Assembly: GCA_040003455.1 (NCBI GenBank)
Contig: JBDUCM010000009.1
Coordinates: forward strand, 939 to 64,938
Length of the DNA: 64,000 nucleotides
Reading direction: 5' to 3'
Source: a bacterium
GTDB lineage: Bacteria; Gemmatimonadota; Gemmatimonadetes; Gemmatimonadales; Gemmatimonadaceae
The notes under the pieces are model-generated. The model saw only the letters and a program-made list of their open reading frames with translations, did not search any database and was not told where the DNA came from. The translations under genes were made by a program, and so were the position numbers. This document shows, one piece after another, positions 1 through 9,800 of this stretch (the first letter of the stretch is position 1; every line of letters begins with the position of its first letter).

Positions 1-284
1 CCGGTCTTGTGCTCCTCGGCGAGCAGGAGTCCGGTAATGAGGAAGCCGGAGATGACGAAGAACACCGTGACACCGAGGGCCGCGAAATCCACATAGCCGT
101 TGCGGAGCACTGATGTGAGCACCGGCGGAAACCCCTGGGTTCCCGCCAGATGCCCCATCAGGACAGCGGCGATGGATATCGCCCGCAGTCCGTCGAGCGA
201 CGGGATGCGGGCGATGCGTTTTTCGGACACGGCGGGGAGGGTGGGCGTGATGACCGTATCATCGTCGACTGCTGACGATGCCAT
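1..284 (-). CDS. Acyltransferase family 3 (membrane O-acyltransferase), N-terminal fragment; gene runs off the left edge
   Basis: Reverse translation from the ATG at 284 gives MASSAVDDDTVITPTLPAVSEKRIARIPSLDGLRAISIAAVLMGHL...VTVFFVISGFLITGLLLAEEHKT. The LDGLRA..H and FFVISGFLIT motifs are typical of acyltransferase_3. It is absent from the ORF track because no stop lies inside the window. Confidence 0.7.
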   Translation of the reverse strand, partial: MASSAVDDDTVITPTLPAVSEKRIARIPSLDGLRAISIAAVLMGHLAGTQGFPPVLTSVLRNGYVDFAALGVTVFFVISGFLITGLLLAEEHKT

Positions 285-409
285 CGGCAGCGGACGAGGC
301 TGACACATCAAGCATCGGTCGGTATGCGGCTGAGCCAAAGTAAACTGGCGGGCATGTCGGTTGGACCGATATGCCCGCCACGTTCACGTCGCTGCGAACC
401 GCGTAGAAA

Positions 410-829
410 TCAGGCGGCGCAATACCGATCGAAGGCGCCGACCAGATCATTGGCGATTTCGGCTGCGCTCCGTCCTTCGATTTGATACCGTTCGAGCATG
501 AACACGAGCTTGCCGTCCTTGAGCAGGCCGATTTGCGGCGAACTCGGCGCATAGCCCGTGAAGTAGCTGCGCGCGCGCGCGGCGGCCTCGATGTCCTGCC
601 CTGCGAAGACCGTGGTGAGCTGGTCGGGCTTCACGGCGTTCTGGAGTGCGGACGCCACGGCCGGGCGGGCATTGCGGGCGGCGCAGCCGCAGACCGAGTT
701 GACGACGACCAGCGTCGTGCCTTTTGCGTCCTTCAGCTTCGAGTCGACTTCCGTGACTGTACGGAGCTCCTCGATGCCGAGCCGCGTGAGTTCCTGTCGC
801 ATTGGTGTAACGAAACGTTCATCGTACAT
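410..829 (-). CDS. Bacilliredoxin-like thiol-disulfide protein (BrxA/BrxB, YphP/YqiW, DUF1094 family)
   Basis: 139 aa ORF with the characteristic VVNSVCGCAARNARP CGC redox motif and a family-typical length. Confidence 0.75.
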   Translation of the reverse strand: MYDERFVTPMRQELTRLGIEELRTVTEVDSKLKDAKGTTLVVVNSVCGCAARNARPAVASALQNAVKPDQLTTVFAGQDIEAAARARSYFTGYAPSSPQIGLLKDGKLVFMLERYQIEGRSAAEIANDLVGAFDRYCAA

Positions 830-871
830 GGGGCTGTGCCTCGGAGGGATGGAATTGCGATGAATGGCCCG

Positions 872-1249
872 CTACTCGCGAACGAGCGCCAGAATGGCCG
901 CTTGGGGTACGACGAGGAAGCGTTCGCCCTCGAAGGTGATTTCCACGGATGCCTTGCGAAAGAACAATGCGTAGTCGCCGCATCGTGCTTGCATGGGGAC
1001 GAAGCGTGTCTCTCGCGCCGGCTCCTTCCAGGGCTCCTCGCCGGAGGCAGCGTCGAAGCTCGGCATCGGCTGTCCGGGGCCGGTGGCCATGATGGTGCCA
1101 CCCTGCACAGCCTGGTTGTCAATGGCGGTGGATGGCAGGTAGAGGCCGACGTTCGTGCGCTCCTCGCCCTCCTCGACTTTGATGAGGACGCGGTCGCCGA
1201 CCACGATGAGTTCCTTGTCGTTGCGAATCATACGGTGGAATATATCCAC
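872..1249 (-). CDS. GroES/Cpn10-fold co-chaperone family protein (atypical, with insertion)
   Basis: 125 aa. GDRVLIKVEEGEERTNVGLYLP...GGTIMATGPG matches the Cpn10 pattern (gDRVLvk..e.e.kT.gGi.lP....G.V.A.G.G). Confidence 0.65.
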   Translation of the reverse strand: MDIFHRMIRNDKELIVVGDRVLIKVEEGEERTNVGLYLPSTAIDNQAVQGGTIMATGPGQPMPSFDAASGEEPWKEPARETRFVPMQARCGDYALFFRKASVEITFEGERFLVVPQAAILALVRE

Positions 1250-1410
1250 CAGTCGTCAGAAGGTGCCCGGCGGCGGGGTTCAATCGTCAAGGTGTGAGGC
1301 GACTGCCGTTGACGCCCCACCTTATATTGTGTCAGCCAACCCACAGTCCTCGAGCCCCGTTCGGTCCCGTGGGTGCGGACCGTTCTTACCTCGACTACTC
1401 AGACCCCCAG

Positions 1411-2775
1411 ATGAAAGACCAGCTACTCACCCGCATTGGCAACCGTTCGGCGACTGTAGGCGTCATTGGACTGGGTTATGTAGGGCTCCCCCTGGCCGTC
1501 GAATTCGCGAAGGAGGGCTTCACCGTCATTGGCTTCGACGTCAGCCAGCGCGTGTGCGACCTCCTGAATTCCGGCGAGTCGCACATCCAGGACGTGCCGG
1601 CCGCGGAGGTTGCCGCCCTCGTGAAGAGCGGACACTTCCGGGCCACCACAGACGCGATGGAGCTGAAGCCTGCGGACGCGCTCTCGATCGCCGTTCCGAC
1701 CCCGCTGGGGAAGACGCGGGATCCGGACATGAGCTACGTGCAGGCCGCGTCGGAGACCGTCGCCAAGGTTGCCCATCCGGGGCTGCTCGTCGTGCTGGAG
1801 AGCACCACATATCCCGGCACCACCCGGGAAGTCGTGCTGCCCCTGCTCACGTCGGCCGGTTACACGGTTGGCAAGGACATCTTCATTGCGTTCAGTCCCG
1901 AGCGGGTGGATCCGGGCAATCCCGTGTATCACACGAAGAATACGCCCAAGGTGGTTGGCGGCATTACGCCCGCCTGCACCGAGGTTGCCACGGCGCTCTA
2001 CGCCTCGTGTATCGATACCATCGTGCCGGTTACGTCCACCGAGACGGCCGAACTCGTGAAACTGCTCGAGAACACCTTCCGTTCGGTGAACATCGCCATG
2101 GCCAATGAGATGGCGATTGTCTGCGACAAGCTTGGCGTGAATGTGTGGGAAGTGATCGACGCGGCTGCAACGAAGCCCTTCGGCTTCATGAAGTTCACGC
2201 CGGGCCCCGGCATTGGTGGTCACTGCATTCCGCTCGATCCGCACTACCTCGCGTGGAAGATGCGCTCGCTCAACTACAAGACGCGCTTCATCGACCTGGC
2301 TGGTGAGGTGAACACCGCCATGCCGAACTATGTCGTCGAGAAGGTCGCGCACGCGCTCAATGCGGTGAAGAAACCAACGAACGGCAGCAAGGCCCTGATT
2401 ATTGGCGTCGCGTACAAGCGGGACATCGACGACGTGCGCGAGAGCCCCGCGCTGGACGTTATTCGGCTGCTCGAGGCGCAGGGTGCGGCGGTGACCTTCC
2501 ATGACCCATACGTGACCTCCATTCGCGAGGACGACGGTCATGACGCCCCGGCCCCTGGCGTGACACCGAAGCTCCGCCACAGTGTGGAACTCAGTGCGGC
2601 GACGCTGGCCGACGCCGATGTGGTGGTGATCGTGACGGACCACAAGACCATCGATTTCCAGTTCGTGGTGGATAACGCGGCGTTGGTGGTCGATACTCGA
2701 AATGCGACCTCGAAGACCCGGGCAGGCAAGGCGACGGTCGTCTCGTTGTCCGGCACTGGAACGTTTGCCCACTAG
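1411..2775 (+). CDS. UDP-N-acetyl-hexosamine 6-dehydrogenase (WecC/WbpA/TviB-type nucleotide-sugar dehydrogenase)
   Basis: Part of ORF 1294..2775; I chose the ATG at 1411 (MKDQLLTRIGNRSATVGVIGLGYVGLPLAVEF, Rossmann GxGxxG). It also has the conserved GGHCIPLDP catalytic-Cys motif and the C-terminal UDP-binding region (GVAYKRDIDDVRESPA). Confidence 0.85.
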   Translation: MKDQLLTRIGNRSATVGVIGLGYVGLPLAVEFAKEGFTVIGFDVSQRVCDLLNSGESHIQDVPAAEVAALVKSGHFRATTDAMELKPADALSIAVPTPLGKTRDPDMSYVQAASETVAKVAHPGLLVVLESTTYPGTTREVVLPLLTSAGYTVGKDIFIAFSPERVDPGNPVYHTKNTPKVVGGITPACTEVATALYASCIDTIVPVTSTETAELVKLLENTFRSVNIAMANEMAIVCDKLGVNVWEVIDAAATKPFGFMKFTPGPGIGGHCIPLDPHYLAWKMRSLNYKTRFIDLAGEVNTAMPNYVVEKVAHALNAVKKPTNGSKALIIGVAYKRDIDDVRESPALDVIRLLEAQGAAVTFHDPYVTSIREDDGHDAPAPGVTPKLRHSVELSAATLADADVVVIVTDHKTIDFQFVVDNAALVVDTRNATSKTRAGKATVVSLSGTGTFAH

Positions 2776-2780
2776 ACCGC

Positions 2781-2797
2781 TACAAGAGTTACAAGAG
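2781..2797 (+). repeat. Direct repeat TACAAGAG x2 with a 9-bp period
   Basis: tacaagagT tacaagagA read directly, about 150 bp upstream of the sigma-54-like element at 2938. Function unknown; it could be an activator site. Confidence 0.5.
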
Positions 2798-2937
2798 AAT
2801 TGACGGAGACCGTGCGTCGTGGATCCTGACGCGCGGCCTCCACGAGAAGTGTGGCGGGTGCGCATCGCAAAGGGTCGGTTCATCACCTAGGCCGTACGCA
2901 AGTCGTTGCTCCATAGATGTTTATGTTATCCAATCGG

Positions 2938-2953
2938 TGGCCTTTCCCTTGCT
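2938..2953 (+). promoter_or_regulatory. Candidate sigma-54 (-24/-12) promoter for the exosortase-EpsI operon
   Basis: TGGCCTTTCCCTTGCT against the consensus TGGCACG-N4-TTGCW. GG and GC have the exact canonical spacing, and 9 of 12 specified positions match. It lies about 120 nt upstream of the exosortase ATG, and a GAFTGA-containing sigma-54 activator is encoded at 39453. Confidence 0.35.
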
Positions 2954-2979
2954 GCCATTGGCCCGAACCAAATCTGCGT

Positions 2980-3012
2980 GACGCGCCTGCCTGGCCCTGA
3001 GCAGGGCGCGTC
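2980..3012 (+). other. GC-rich hairpin in the putative exosortase leader
   Basis: GACGCGCC-TGC / GCA-GGGCGCGTC arms (one bulge) around a 10-nt loop, with no U-tract. It lies between the sigma-54 candidate and the ATG at 3072. Confidence 0.35.
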
Positions 3013-3071
3013 TGTCTCGCCGTAAGCACGTCACCTCCGGAAACCGTGATGCTTCAGCACATCGTGTCGCC

Positions 3072-4022
3072 ATGACCCACGTCGGTGCAAACGCGGGGGT
3101 CGGGTATACCGGTCAGTTCGCGGCCGTCCGTACCCGGATCGATGCGCTTCGCGTCGACCCGCGCGCTGGCGCGAAGGAACTGCTTCCGGCGACGCTCACC
3201 ACGATTGCATTCGCCCTGCTCTTTTCGCAGCCAATCGCCCTGTTGGTGCGCGATTGGTGGGTGTTGCCCGAAGCGGGCCACGGCTTGTTGCTGGCGCCGG
3301 TTGCCATCTGGCTCGCATGGACGCGCGGCATCCGCGAAGACGCACGACCCAGCCCCACCCTTGGCCTCACCATGATCGTGGTGGCCATTCTGGCGCGATA
3401 CATGGCCGGCTTGGCCGCGGAGCTGTTCACCATGCGTGCGTCGGTGGTGCTCGCCATCGGCGGACTCACTGTCTACAACTACGGATTCCGCCAGTTGTTG
3501 CATTGGTGGCTGCCGTTCACGCTCGGCTGCCTGGCCATTCCGCTGCCTGAGCTGATCACACAGGCGATGGCCTTGCCGCTTCAGTTCAAGGCATCGCAGA
3601 TGGGCGCGGCGCTGCTCAAGATGCGTGACGTGCCTGTGCGACTCACCGGCAACGTCATTCGGATTCCCGGCAACGAACTTTTCGTCACGGAAGCATGCAG
3701 CGGGCTGCGCTCGCTGACGGCGCTGTTGAGCCTCTCTGTCTTGCTCGGCGGCCTCTTTCTCCAGAAGGCGGCGACTCGAGTGATCCTCGTCGTACTCGCG
3801 GTGCCCATCGCCGTCGCGATCAATGGATTCCGTGTGTTCCTCACCGGCTTTCTGGTCTATTTCGTTGACCCGGCGCTCGGCAAGGGCTTCATGCACATTA
3901 CAGAGGGGTGGCTTCTGTTCCTCGTTTCGCTCACGTGCATGGGCGTCGTCGCGTGGATCGGATCCAGCATCGAGAAGCGGTTCATGCCACGGGTCCCCGT
4001 CAGTGTTGCCGCCAATGGATAA
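3072..4022 (+). CDS. Exosortase (EpsH/Xrt family transpeptidase)
   Basis: 316 aa polytopic membrane protein carrying the three exosortase signature motifs: FVTEACSGLRSL (catalytic Cys), AINGFRVF (Arg) and FMHITEGWLLF (His). It is immediately followed by an overlapping EpsI gene. Confidence 0.9.
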   Translation: MTHVGANAGVGYTGQFAAVRTRIDALRVDPRAGAKELLPATLTTIAFALLFSQPIALLVRDWWVLPEAGHGLLLAPVAIWLAWTRGIREDARPSPTLGLTMIVVAILARYMAGLAAELFTMRASVVLAIGGLTVYNYGFRQLLHWWLPFTLGCLAIPLPELITQAMALPLQFKASQMGAALLKMRDVPVRLTGNVIRIPGNELFVTEACSGLRSLTALLSLSVLLGGLFLQKAATRVILVVLAVPIAVAINGFRVFLTGFLVYFVDPALGKGFMHITEGWLLFLVSLTCMGVVAWIGSSIEKRFMPRVPVSVAANG

Positions 4023-4770
4023 GATCTTCCTCCGGCGGTACCTGCCCGCCATGCTGCTGCTGCTTGGGTTTGCTCTCGTGTGGTCCACCCGATCGCAGCG
4101 CGAGGTACCATTGGCAGCGCCGCTGTCCACCGTGCTGCCCGAGCTGACGGGCTACAACGTCAAGGACCAGGTCATCGGCGAGGAAGAGAAGAAGGTCGCC
4201 GGCATGACCGACTATGTGGCACGGTTGTTCTGGACGTTTGACGGCAAGGATTCCACTGCGGCCTTCACCACGTACGTGGGCTATTACGACCGGCAGCAGC
4301 AGGGACATACGATGCACTCCCCTCGTAACTGCCTGCCTGGTGCTGGTTGGGAGATCCTGCGAGCCGACACCGGAGCCATCACGGTGGCGGGCAACCGCCA
4401 TGTGGTGAACAAGTACCTGCTCAAGAACGGCGTTACACAGGCACTCGTGTTCTACTGGTATCAGGGACGCGGGCGGGTGGTTGCCAGCGAATACGCGGTG
4501 AAGTGGAATCTGCTTCGCGACGCGGCGCTCAAGGGACACACCGAAGAGGCGCTTGTCCGCATCGTGGTGTATGTGCCCAAGGCGAACCTGATGGATCCCG
4601 CAGCGCTCGAGCGTGCGTACCGTGACGCGCAGACCCTCGGAGAATCCGTAGGCGTGCGCTTGCTGGCTGATGTCCAGCGCGTGCTCCCAAAGACGGGTGA
4701 CGAGACGTCCGAGCCGAAGAGCGCGAGCCTGCGGACGGGCGAGCAGATGCTCGCCACGTCGGCCCGGTAG
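4015..4770 (+). CDS. EpsI-family exosortase-associated protein (DUF3485-like)
   Basis: In-frame ATG at 4015 within ORF 3823..4770 gives MDKIFLRRYLPAMLLLLGFALVW (one N-terminal TM) and then the EpsI hallmark HSPRNCLPGAGWEI. ATGGATAA overlaps the exosortase stop by 8 nt, which suggests translational coupling. Confidence 0.85.
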   Translation: MDKIFLRRYLPAMLLLLGFALVWSTRSQREVPLAAPLSTVLPELTGYNVKDQVIGEEEKKVAGMTDYVARLFWTFDGKDSTAAFTTYVGYYDRQQQGHTMHSPRNCLPGAGWEILRADTGAITVAGNRHVVNKYLLKNGVTQALVFYWYQGRGRVVASEYAVKWNLLRDAALKGHTEEALVRIVVYVPKANLMDPAALERAYRDAQTLGESVGVRLLADVQRVLPKTGDETSEPKSASLRTGEQMLATSAR

Positions 4771-4779
4771 CGTCGGCCG

Positions 4780-6225
4780 CTAGTTCGCCGATGCGACGGC
4801 GTTCGCGCCGCAGCATCGTCCGATGAGGGCGATCAGTTTCCTTGCCTGCGTCGCTCGATCGAACCGGCCATCACGGCCGATCGGCTCTGGCTGAATGCCA
4901 CTGGCAAATTGTTCATAGCGCTCGCGGATAACTCGCGTGATACCGTCGGTGTCCGAAGGATCCATGACATCCGCCTCCGAGCCCACGAGTAGCTGAGCGG
5001 TCGCACTCTCCGGGCTGCACATCACGAGCATCCAGGCGTGGAATCGCAGGTATTCGTAAATCTTGGCGGGTACAGCGAAATCGCTGCCTTGGGGAAGACT
5101 GAGAAGCATGGTCGCGCCCGCCAGGTACTCCATTACCTGTTTGCGGGGGAGCAACCCTCCCACGCGGACGTAGTCCTTGATGCCTTCCTCTTCGGCGAGC
5201 AGCGTCGTGGGCCGGCCGGCGTACATGTTTGCCGCGCCGGTGAACTCGATCTGAAACTGCTCAGGGGTGAGCGCGAACTCGGTGATCACTGTGTGGGCGG
5301 CGCGAAACGCGATTCGCGGATCACGGTCCATGTAAATGGAGCCCGCGAATCGGATTCGGAAGCAGCCGTCGCGACGAGGCGGTGGAAGTGGCTCATCGTC
5401 GCACCCGTTTCGAACCACCTCGATCTTGTCCGCGCACTCAGGATAGGCACGGCGTAGTGACTTGCACGCGGCCTCCGTGTTCATCGTCACCAGCGCGGCA
5501 CCGGCCACCGCCCTGCTCTCGAACTTCCGCGCGAGGTTGATCCAGAGGGGACTGGCGATCGCTTCCGGCAGGAACTGATTCTGGCTCCATGGATCACGCA
5601 TATCCAGCACGTGCGGCACCCCCGTCCTTTGGGCAGCAAGGCGTCCCGCCTCGTGTGCCATGTGAGGGGGGCCCGAGCTGATCACGGCGGTGTAGTTGCC
5701 CGCTCGCATGATGATCGCGGCGAGGCGGGCAGCGTCGCGTGCCCAGTTCCCGTCACGTGAGAATTCAACCCAGGCGAGATAGGCACGTCGAGCGTGCCCT
5801 CGTCCCCGCTGTTGGGAAATCTGTTGCGGCGTCAGCGAATCCAGGCCCGGTGTGCTTCGACGCTCGCGCAGCAGGCGGCGAAGCATTGGCCACATGATGT
5901 GCTGCGCGCGACCAAGTATCGGCTCACGACTGGGCACCGAAAAGACCCGACATCCCTGCGGAAGGCGCTCCAGGCGCGCGCGGTCGAGCCCGGCTACACC
6001 GCGGAAATCGCGCGTCACGATGTCCAGGGCCCAGCCTTGCTGCGCGAAGTGGCGGGCCATCTCCTGCCAGCGAAGGCCGCCCACCGACGGATCTGGCGGA
6101 AAATTGTACATGATCAACATGACGCGCGGCGCATCGGCGGTCGCGGGAAACGGCGATTCGTAGTACAGCGCCGTATACCCTGCCGCCGGCAGGGGAGCGT
6201 GTTCCGAAGATGACACGCTTGTCAT
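4780..6225 (-). CDS. Glycosyltransferase (GT1/GT4-like, GT-B fold)
   Basis: 481 aa. The N-terminal MLIMYNFPPDPSVGGLRWQEMARHF..DIVT resembles a GT-B N-domain, and the C-terminal half has the E-x7-E-like region (LSLPQGSDFAVPAKIYEYL). The subfamily cannot be assigned by eye. Confidence 0.65.
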   Translation of the reverse strand: MTSVSSSEHAPLPAAGYTALYYESPFPATADAPRVMLIMYNFPPDPSVGGLRWQEMARHFAQQGWALDIVTRDFRGVAGLDRARLERLPQGCRVFSVPSREPILGRAQHIMWPMLRRLLRERRSTPGLDSLTPQQISQQRGRGHARRAYLAWVEFSRDGNWARDAARLAAIIMRAGNYTAVISSGPPHMAHEAGRLAAQRTGVPHVLDMRDPWSQNQFLPEAIASPLWINLARKFESRAVAGAALVTMNTEAACKSLRRAYPECADKIEVVRNGCDDEPLPPPRRDGCFRIRFAGSIYMDRDPRIAFRAAHTVITEFALTPEQFQIEFTGAANMYAGRPTTLLAEEEGIKDYVRVGGLLPRKQVMEYLAGATMLLSLPQGSDFAVPAKIYEYLRFHAWMLVMCSPESATAQLLVGSEADVMDPSDTDGITRVIRERYEQFASGIQPEPIGRDGRFDRATQARKLIALIGRCCGANAVASAN

Positions 6226-6568
6226 TTTCGTACCGCGCCGTCGAGACTCGTCTTCAAGAGCATCCCTGCCGTTGGCCGTTTACGCGTTGTGATGGGCACT
6301 TCGGGGAAAAAAGCAGCGCCGTGATGGCGGACACAGCACTTGACTGATGGGATCGATAATTTCCCAACCAAGCTCAAGTTCTGTTCTCGCATCCCGCACC
6401 TGCGGGCAATGCCGTGGATCGTTTGGCGTCCGTTGTTCTACTGACGCGTAACGACCTCTGTAGCAAAGAAACGACCTGGGCAGTGCGTCGTCCTAGTATT
6501 ACCCCGCAAAGTCCAGCCTGCCTGCATCGCCTGAATTTTTCAGCGACACCAGCATCCCGCTTTGCATT

Positions 6569-6580
6569 CCGAAATTTCGG
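6569..6580. promoter_or_regulatory. Perfect 12-bp palindrome CCGAAATTTCGG
   Basis: Read directly. It lies in the 650-bp lower-GC intergenic region, 16 bp upstream of the triple direct repeat. Confidence 0.4.
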
Positions 6581-6595
6581 CTGCATGACACCGAT

Positions 6596-6631
6596 ATGCA
6601 ACCTGCTATGCAACCTGCTGTGCAAACTGCG
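6596..6631 (+). repeat. Three tandem 12-bp direct repeats (ATGCAACCTGCT, ATGCAACCTGCT, GTGCAAACTGCG)
   Basis: Read directly. The period is about one helical turn, and the array lies about 250 bp upstream of the 6877 gene. The layout looks like an iteron or response-regulator binding array. Confidence 0.6.
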
Positions 6632-6876
6632 CCCGACCTATGAAGATCTTGGCCACACAATCCGATCTTAACTAGAGTCGCCATCGCTCCGCATCATGGC
6701 GCAGTACGGTTGGTTGGAAATCCCCTCCGCTGTATCCCGGCAAGACAGGATCCCTCCACAGTCGCACGATCAGTCGAACAATTGGTCAAGCTCGCTGGTG
6801 TCCGTTCGATGTCTCGGACGGCGCGACGCGCGCCGACGCGGATGGTTCAGTCAGTTTGAGCTTCAGAGGTAGTGAA

Positions 6877-9800
6877 ATGCGTGCGTTGCTGAAACGTGGT
6901 GCCTTTGCCTTGATGACCGTCGTGCTTGCGTGCAGCAGTGGCGAGCTGACGTCTCCATTGCGAAATGGTGGAGTGTCGAGCAGTTCGTCCAACATACCGG
7001 CAACAGTCGTCATTGCTCCGCCGGCCACGCCCGATCTCACGATCAACACGACGGTCAACCTGATCGTTGCCGTGCGCGACGTTTCTGGGCAGAGTCTGAC
7101 GTCCGTCGCCGTGGTGTGGACCAGTTCCGACACCACCGTTGCCACCGTTTCCGCGACGGGCCTGGTGTCCGGCCGCAGCATTGGCTTCTCGACCATCACC
7201 GCGGCTGCCGGCGGCATCAGCGCATCCATCACCATCAACGTGAAGCCCATTCCGGTGAACGCCGTGAGCGTCACCGTGACGCCAGCGTTCTTCGTGGGCG
7301 ACTCCGTTGCCGCTGCCGCGCTACCCGTGGACGCCTTCGGTACGGTTCTCAGCGGGCGTCCGGTCTCGTGGACAACGCGGAACTCTGCCGTTGCTGCCGT
7401 GTCCAGCACCGGTGTCGTCATCGGCATCACGCCCGGAACCACCAAGATCGATGCCGTGGTGGGCGGTGTCACCGGCACTGCGACTGTTGTAGTGTCTGTC
7501 GCGCCCTCTGCTGTGGGGTCAGTGGCGGTAGCGGTTGGCAGCGCGCTCATTGCCGCAGGCCAATCAACGCAAGCCGCCGCGACCATCAAGGACGCGGTCG
7601 GTGCGGTGCTCTCGAACCGTTCTGTCCTCTGGACAAGCTCTAACCCGACGGTCGCCACCGTCTCGCCACTTGGCGTCGTTACGGCGATATCGCTCGGTTC
7701 GGTTGTCATATCGGCGTCGAGCGGCGGTGTCAGTGGTAGTGCACCGCTCACCGTCGGTAGCAACTCCGCCCTGCCGGTGGCAACCATCGCCGTGAGCGCG
7801 ATGATTCCCACGTTGAGCCCCAGCCAGTCTATTGCCGCAGCCGCCGTACCTCGCGATGCCAACGGCAACGTGCTGGTTGGACCGTCGTTCTCCTGGTCCA
7901 CTACCGATCCGACCATTGCGACGGTTTCGCCGAGTGGCGTGATCACTGGCGTGGCACCCGGCACCGTGCTCATCTCTGCCACCAGCGGCGGCAAGACGGG
8001 CGGTCTGTCCATGCAGGTGGGAGCGATCACTACTCAGCCGCCCGCCACAGTCACCGTTCTCGCGAATCTTTCCAATCCTGACACACTGAGTCCCGGCGAT
8101 GTCGTGCAGGCGGGTGCCACACTGCGCAATGCCGGCGGGACGGTTGTGACGACAGTAGCGCCCACAACGTGGTCCAGTTCGAATTCCGGCGTCGCGACAG
8201 TCAATTCCCTCGGCATCATCACGGCGCTGTCCCTTGGCACCGCCACGGTGACTGCGGCGAACTCCGGTACGACGGGCGCGGTTACCGTCGCGGTCGTTCC
8301 GCCTCCCGTGAAGACGGTCACGATGTCGGTAGGTACGAATACCCTCGTGACGGGTCACACGACACAAGCCGTAGCGGTCCTGCGCGACACATCGGGCAAC
8401 GTATTGACGGGCCGAGTGCTCACGTGGTCGCACGTGACGCCGGCCGTTGCGACCGTGAATGCGAACGGACTCATTACCGCCATTGGCCCTGGATCGGGGG
8501 CCATCGTCGCCTCGAGTGAAGGGAGAACGGCGACGATATTCATCACCGTGTCGATGCCGCCCATCGCCAGCATCACGCTCTCGAACGCGACACCGTCGCT
8601 GATGCTCGGGCAGACGACACAATTGGGCGTGACCATCCTCGACGTAAACGGCGGCGTCGTGCCGAACGCGCTCATGGCATGGAGTTCCAACGCGCCAACC
8701 AGGGCTACCGTCTCTCAGACCGGAGTGGTTACAGCCGTCGGGACGGGTACACCGGCATCAGTGATCATCTCCGCCACGACCGGAACCGTAACCGGCACGA
8801 TCACCGTGAACACCGTTGGTCACGCGCCTGAAAATCTCGCCGCGTTGCCGCAGGTCTACCTGAACACGGCGGCGCCGCCGGCGCCCGATGTTGGCGGCGT
8901 GATCATCAGCGTGAATGCCGGCGGTAACCTGCAGAATGCGCTGAACTCGGCACAGCCGGGTGATGTGATCGCCTTGGCCAATGGCGCGTCGTTTACCGGC
9001 AACTTCATCCTGCCGAACAAGAACACGACCAGCACCAAGTGGATCACCATTCGCCCGCAGAATCTCACGGGCATGCCTGCGCAGGGCGCTCGGATGACGC
9101 CGACGGTTGCCGCAACGGTGAACCTTCCGAAGATCCTCAGCAACACCAACCTTGGTGCGATCGCGACGGCTCCGGGGGCACATCACTTTCGTATCATCGG
9201 CGTGGAAGTCACGTTCGCCCCCGGCGTAACGGTCAATACTGGATTGGTACGCTTTGGCGACGATGGTGGGAACGGGCAGACAACGATCGCGTCCATTCCC
9301 CACGACCTCGTGCTCGATCGTTCGTATGTACACGGCGCACCGACCGCGCAGGCACGCCGTGGGCTCGCGCTCAACTCCGCATCGTCGGCTGTGATCGATT
9401 CGTACCTCAGCGACTTTCACGAGGTGAACGGGACCGACGCGCAGGCGATCATGGGATGGAACGGGCCCGGTCCGTTCAAGATCACCAACAACTATCTCGA
9501 AGGCTCCGCGGAGAACATCCTGTGGGGCGGCAGTGACCCAGGTGTACCCAATCTCGTGCCCAGCGATATCGAGATCCGCGGCAATCACTTCTACAAGCCC
9601 CCCGCCTGGAAGGGCGTGTGGCTGGTGAAGAATCTCTACGAGTCCAAGAACTCGCAGCGGGTACTCATCGAGGGGAACCTCTTCGAGAACAACTGGCAGG
9701 ACGGCCAAGTGGGCACGGCCATCGCGCTCAAGACGTCGAATGTGGGTGCATGTCCGTGGTGCGTTACGCAGGACTACACGTTCCGATACAACCTCGTGCG

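Noticed and set aside
6596-6631. Possible CRISPR array; also considered for 14605-14626 and 47059-47154
   Set aside because: The repeats are 10-12 bp and directly abutting with no spacers, and no cas genes are present. They are tandem repeats, not CRISPR.
6414-6671. 85-aa ORF containing CNLLCNLLCKL in the 6226-6876 spacer
   Set aside because: The peptide repeat is simply the translation of the 12-bp DNA direct repeats. The ORF has no RBS-like context or family resemblance, and the region is better explained as regulatory DNA.
6786-8030. 414-aa minus-strand ORF antisense to the Ig-repeat gene. Similar long shadow ORFs are 1423..2886, 3054..4130, 7564..8622, 8758..9861, 9961..11499, 39510..41279, 44698..45867 and 60571..61650.
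   Set aside because: All lie antisense to, or out of frame with, ORFs that have strong family motifs. Their translations are Arg/Ala/Gly/Pro-rich low-complexity strings with no motifs. This is typical of stop-codon-poor shadow frames in GC-rich DNA.
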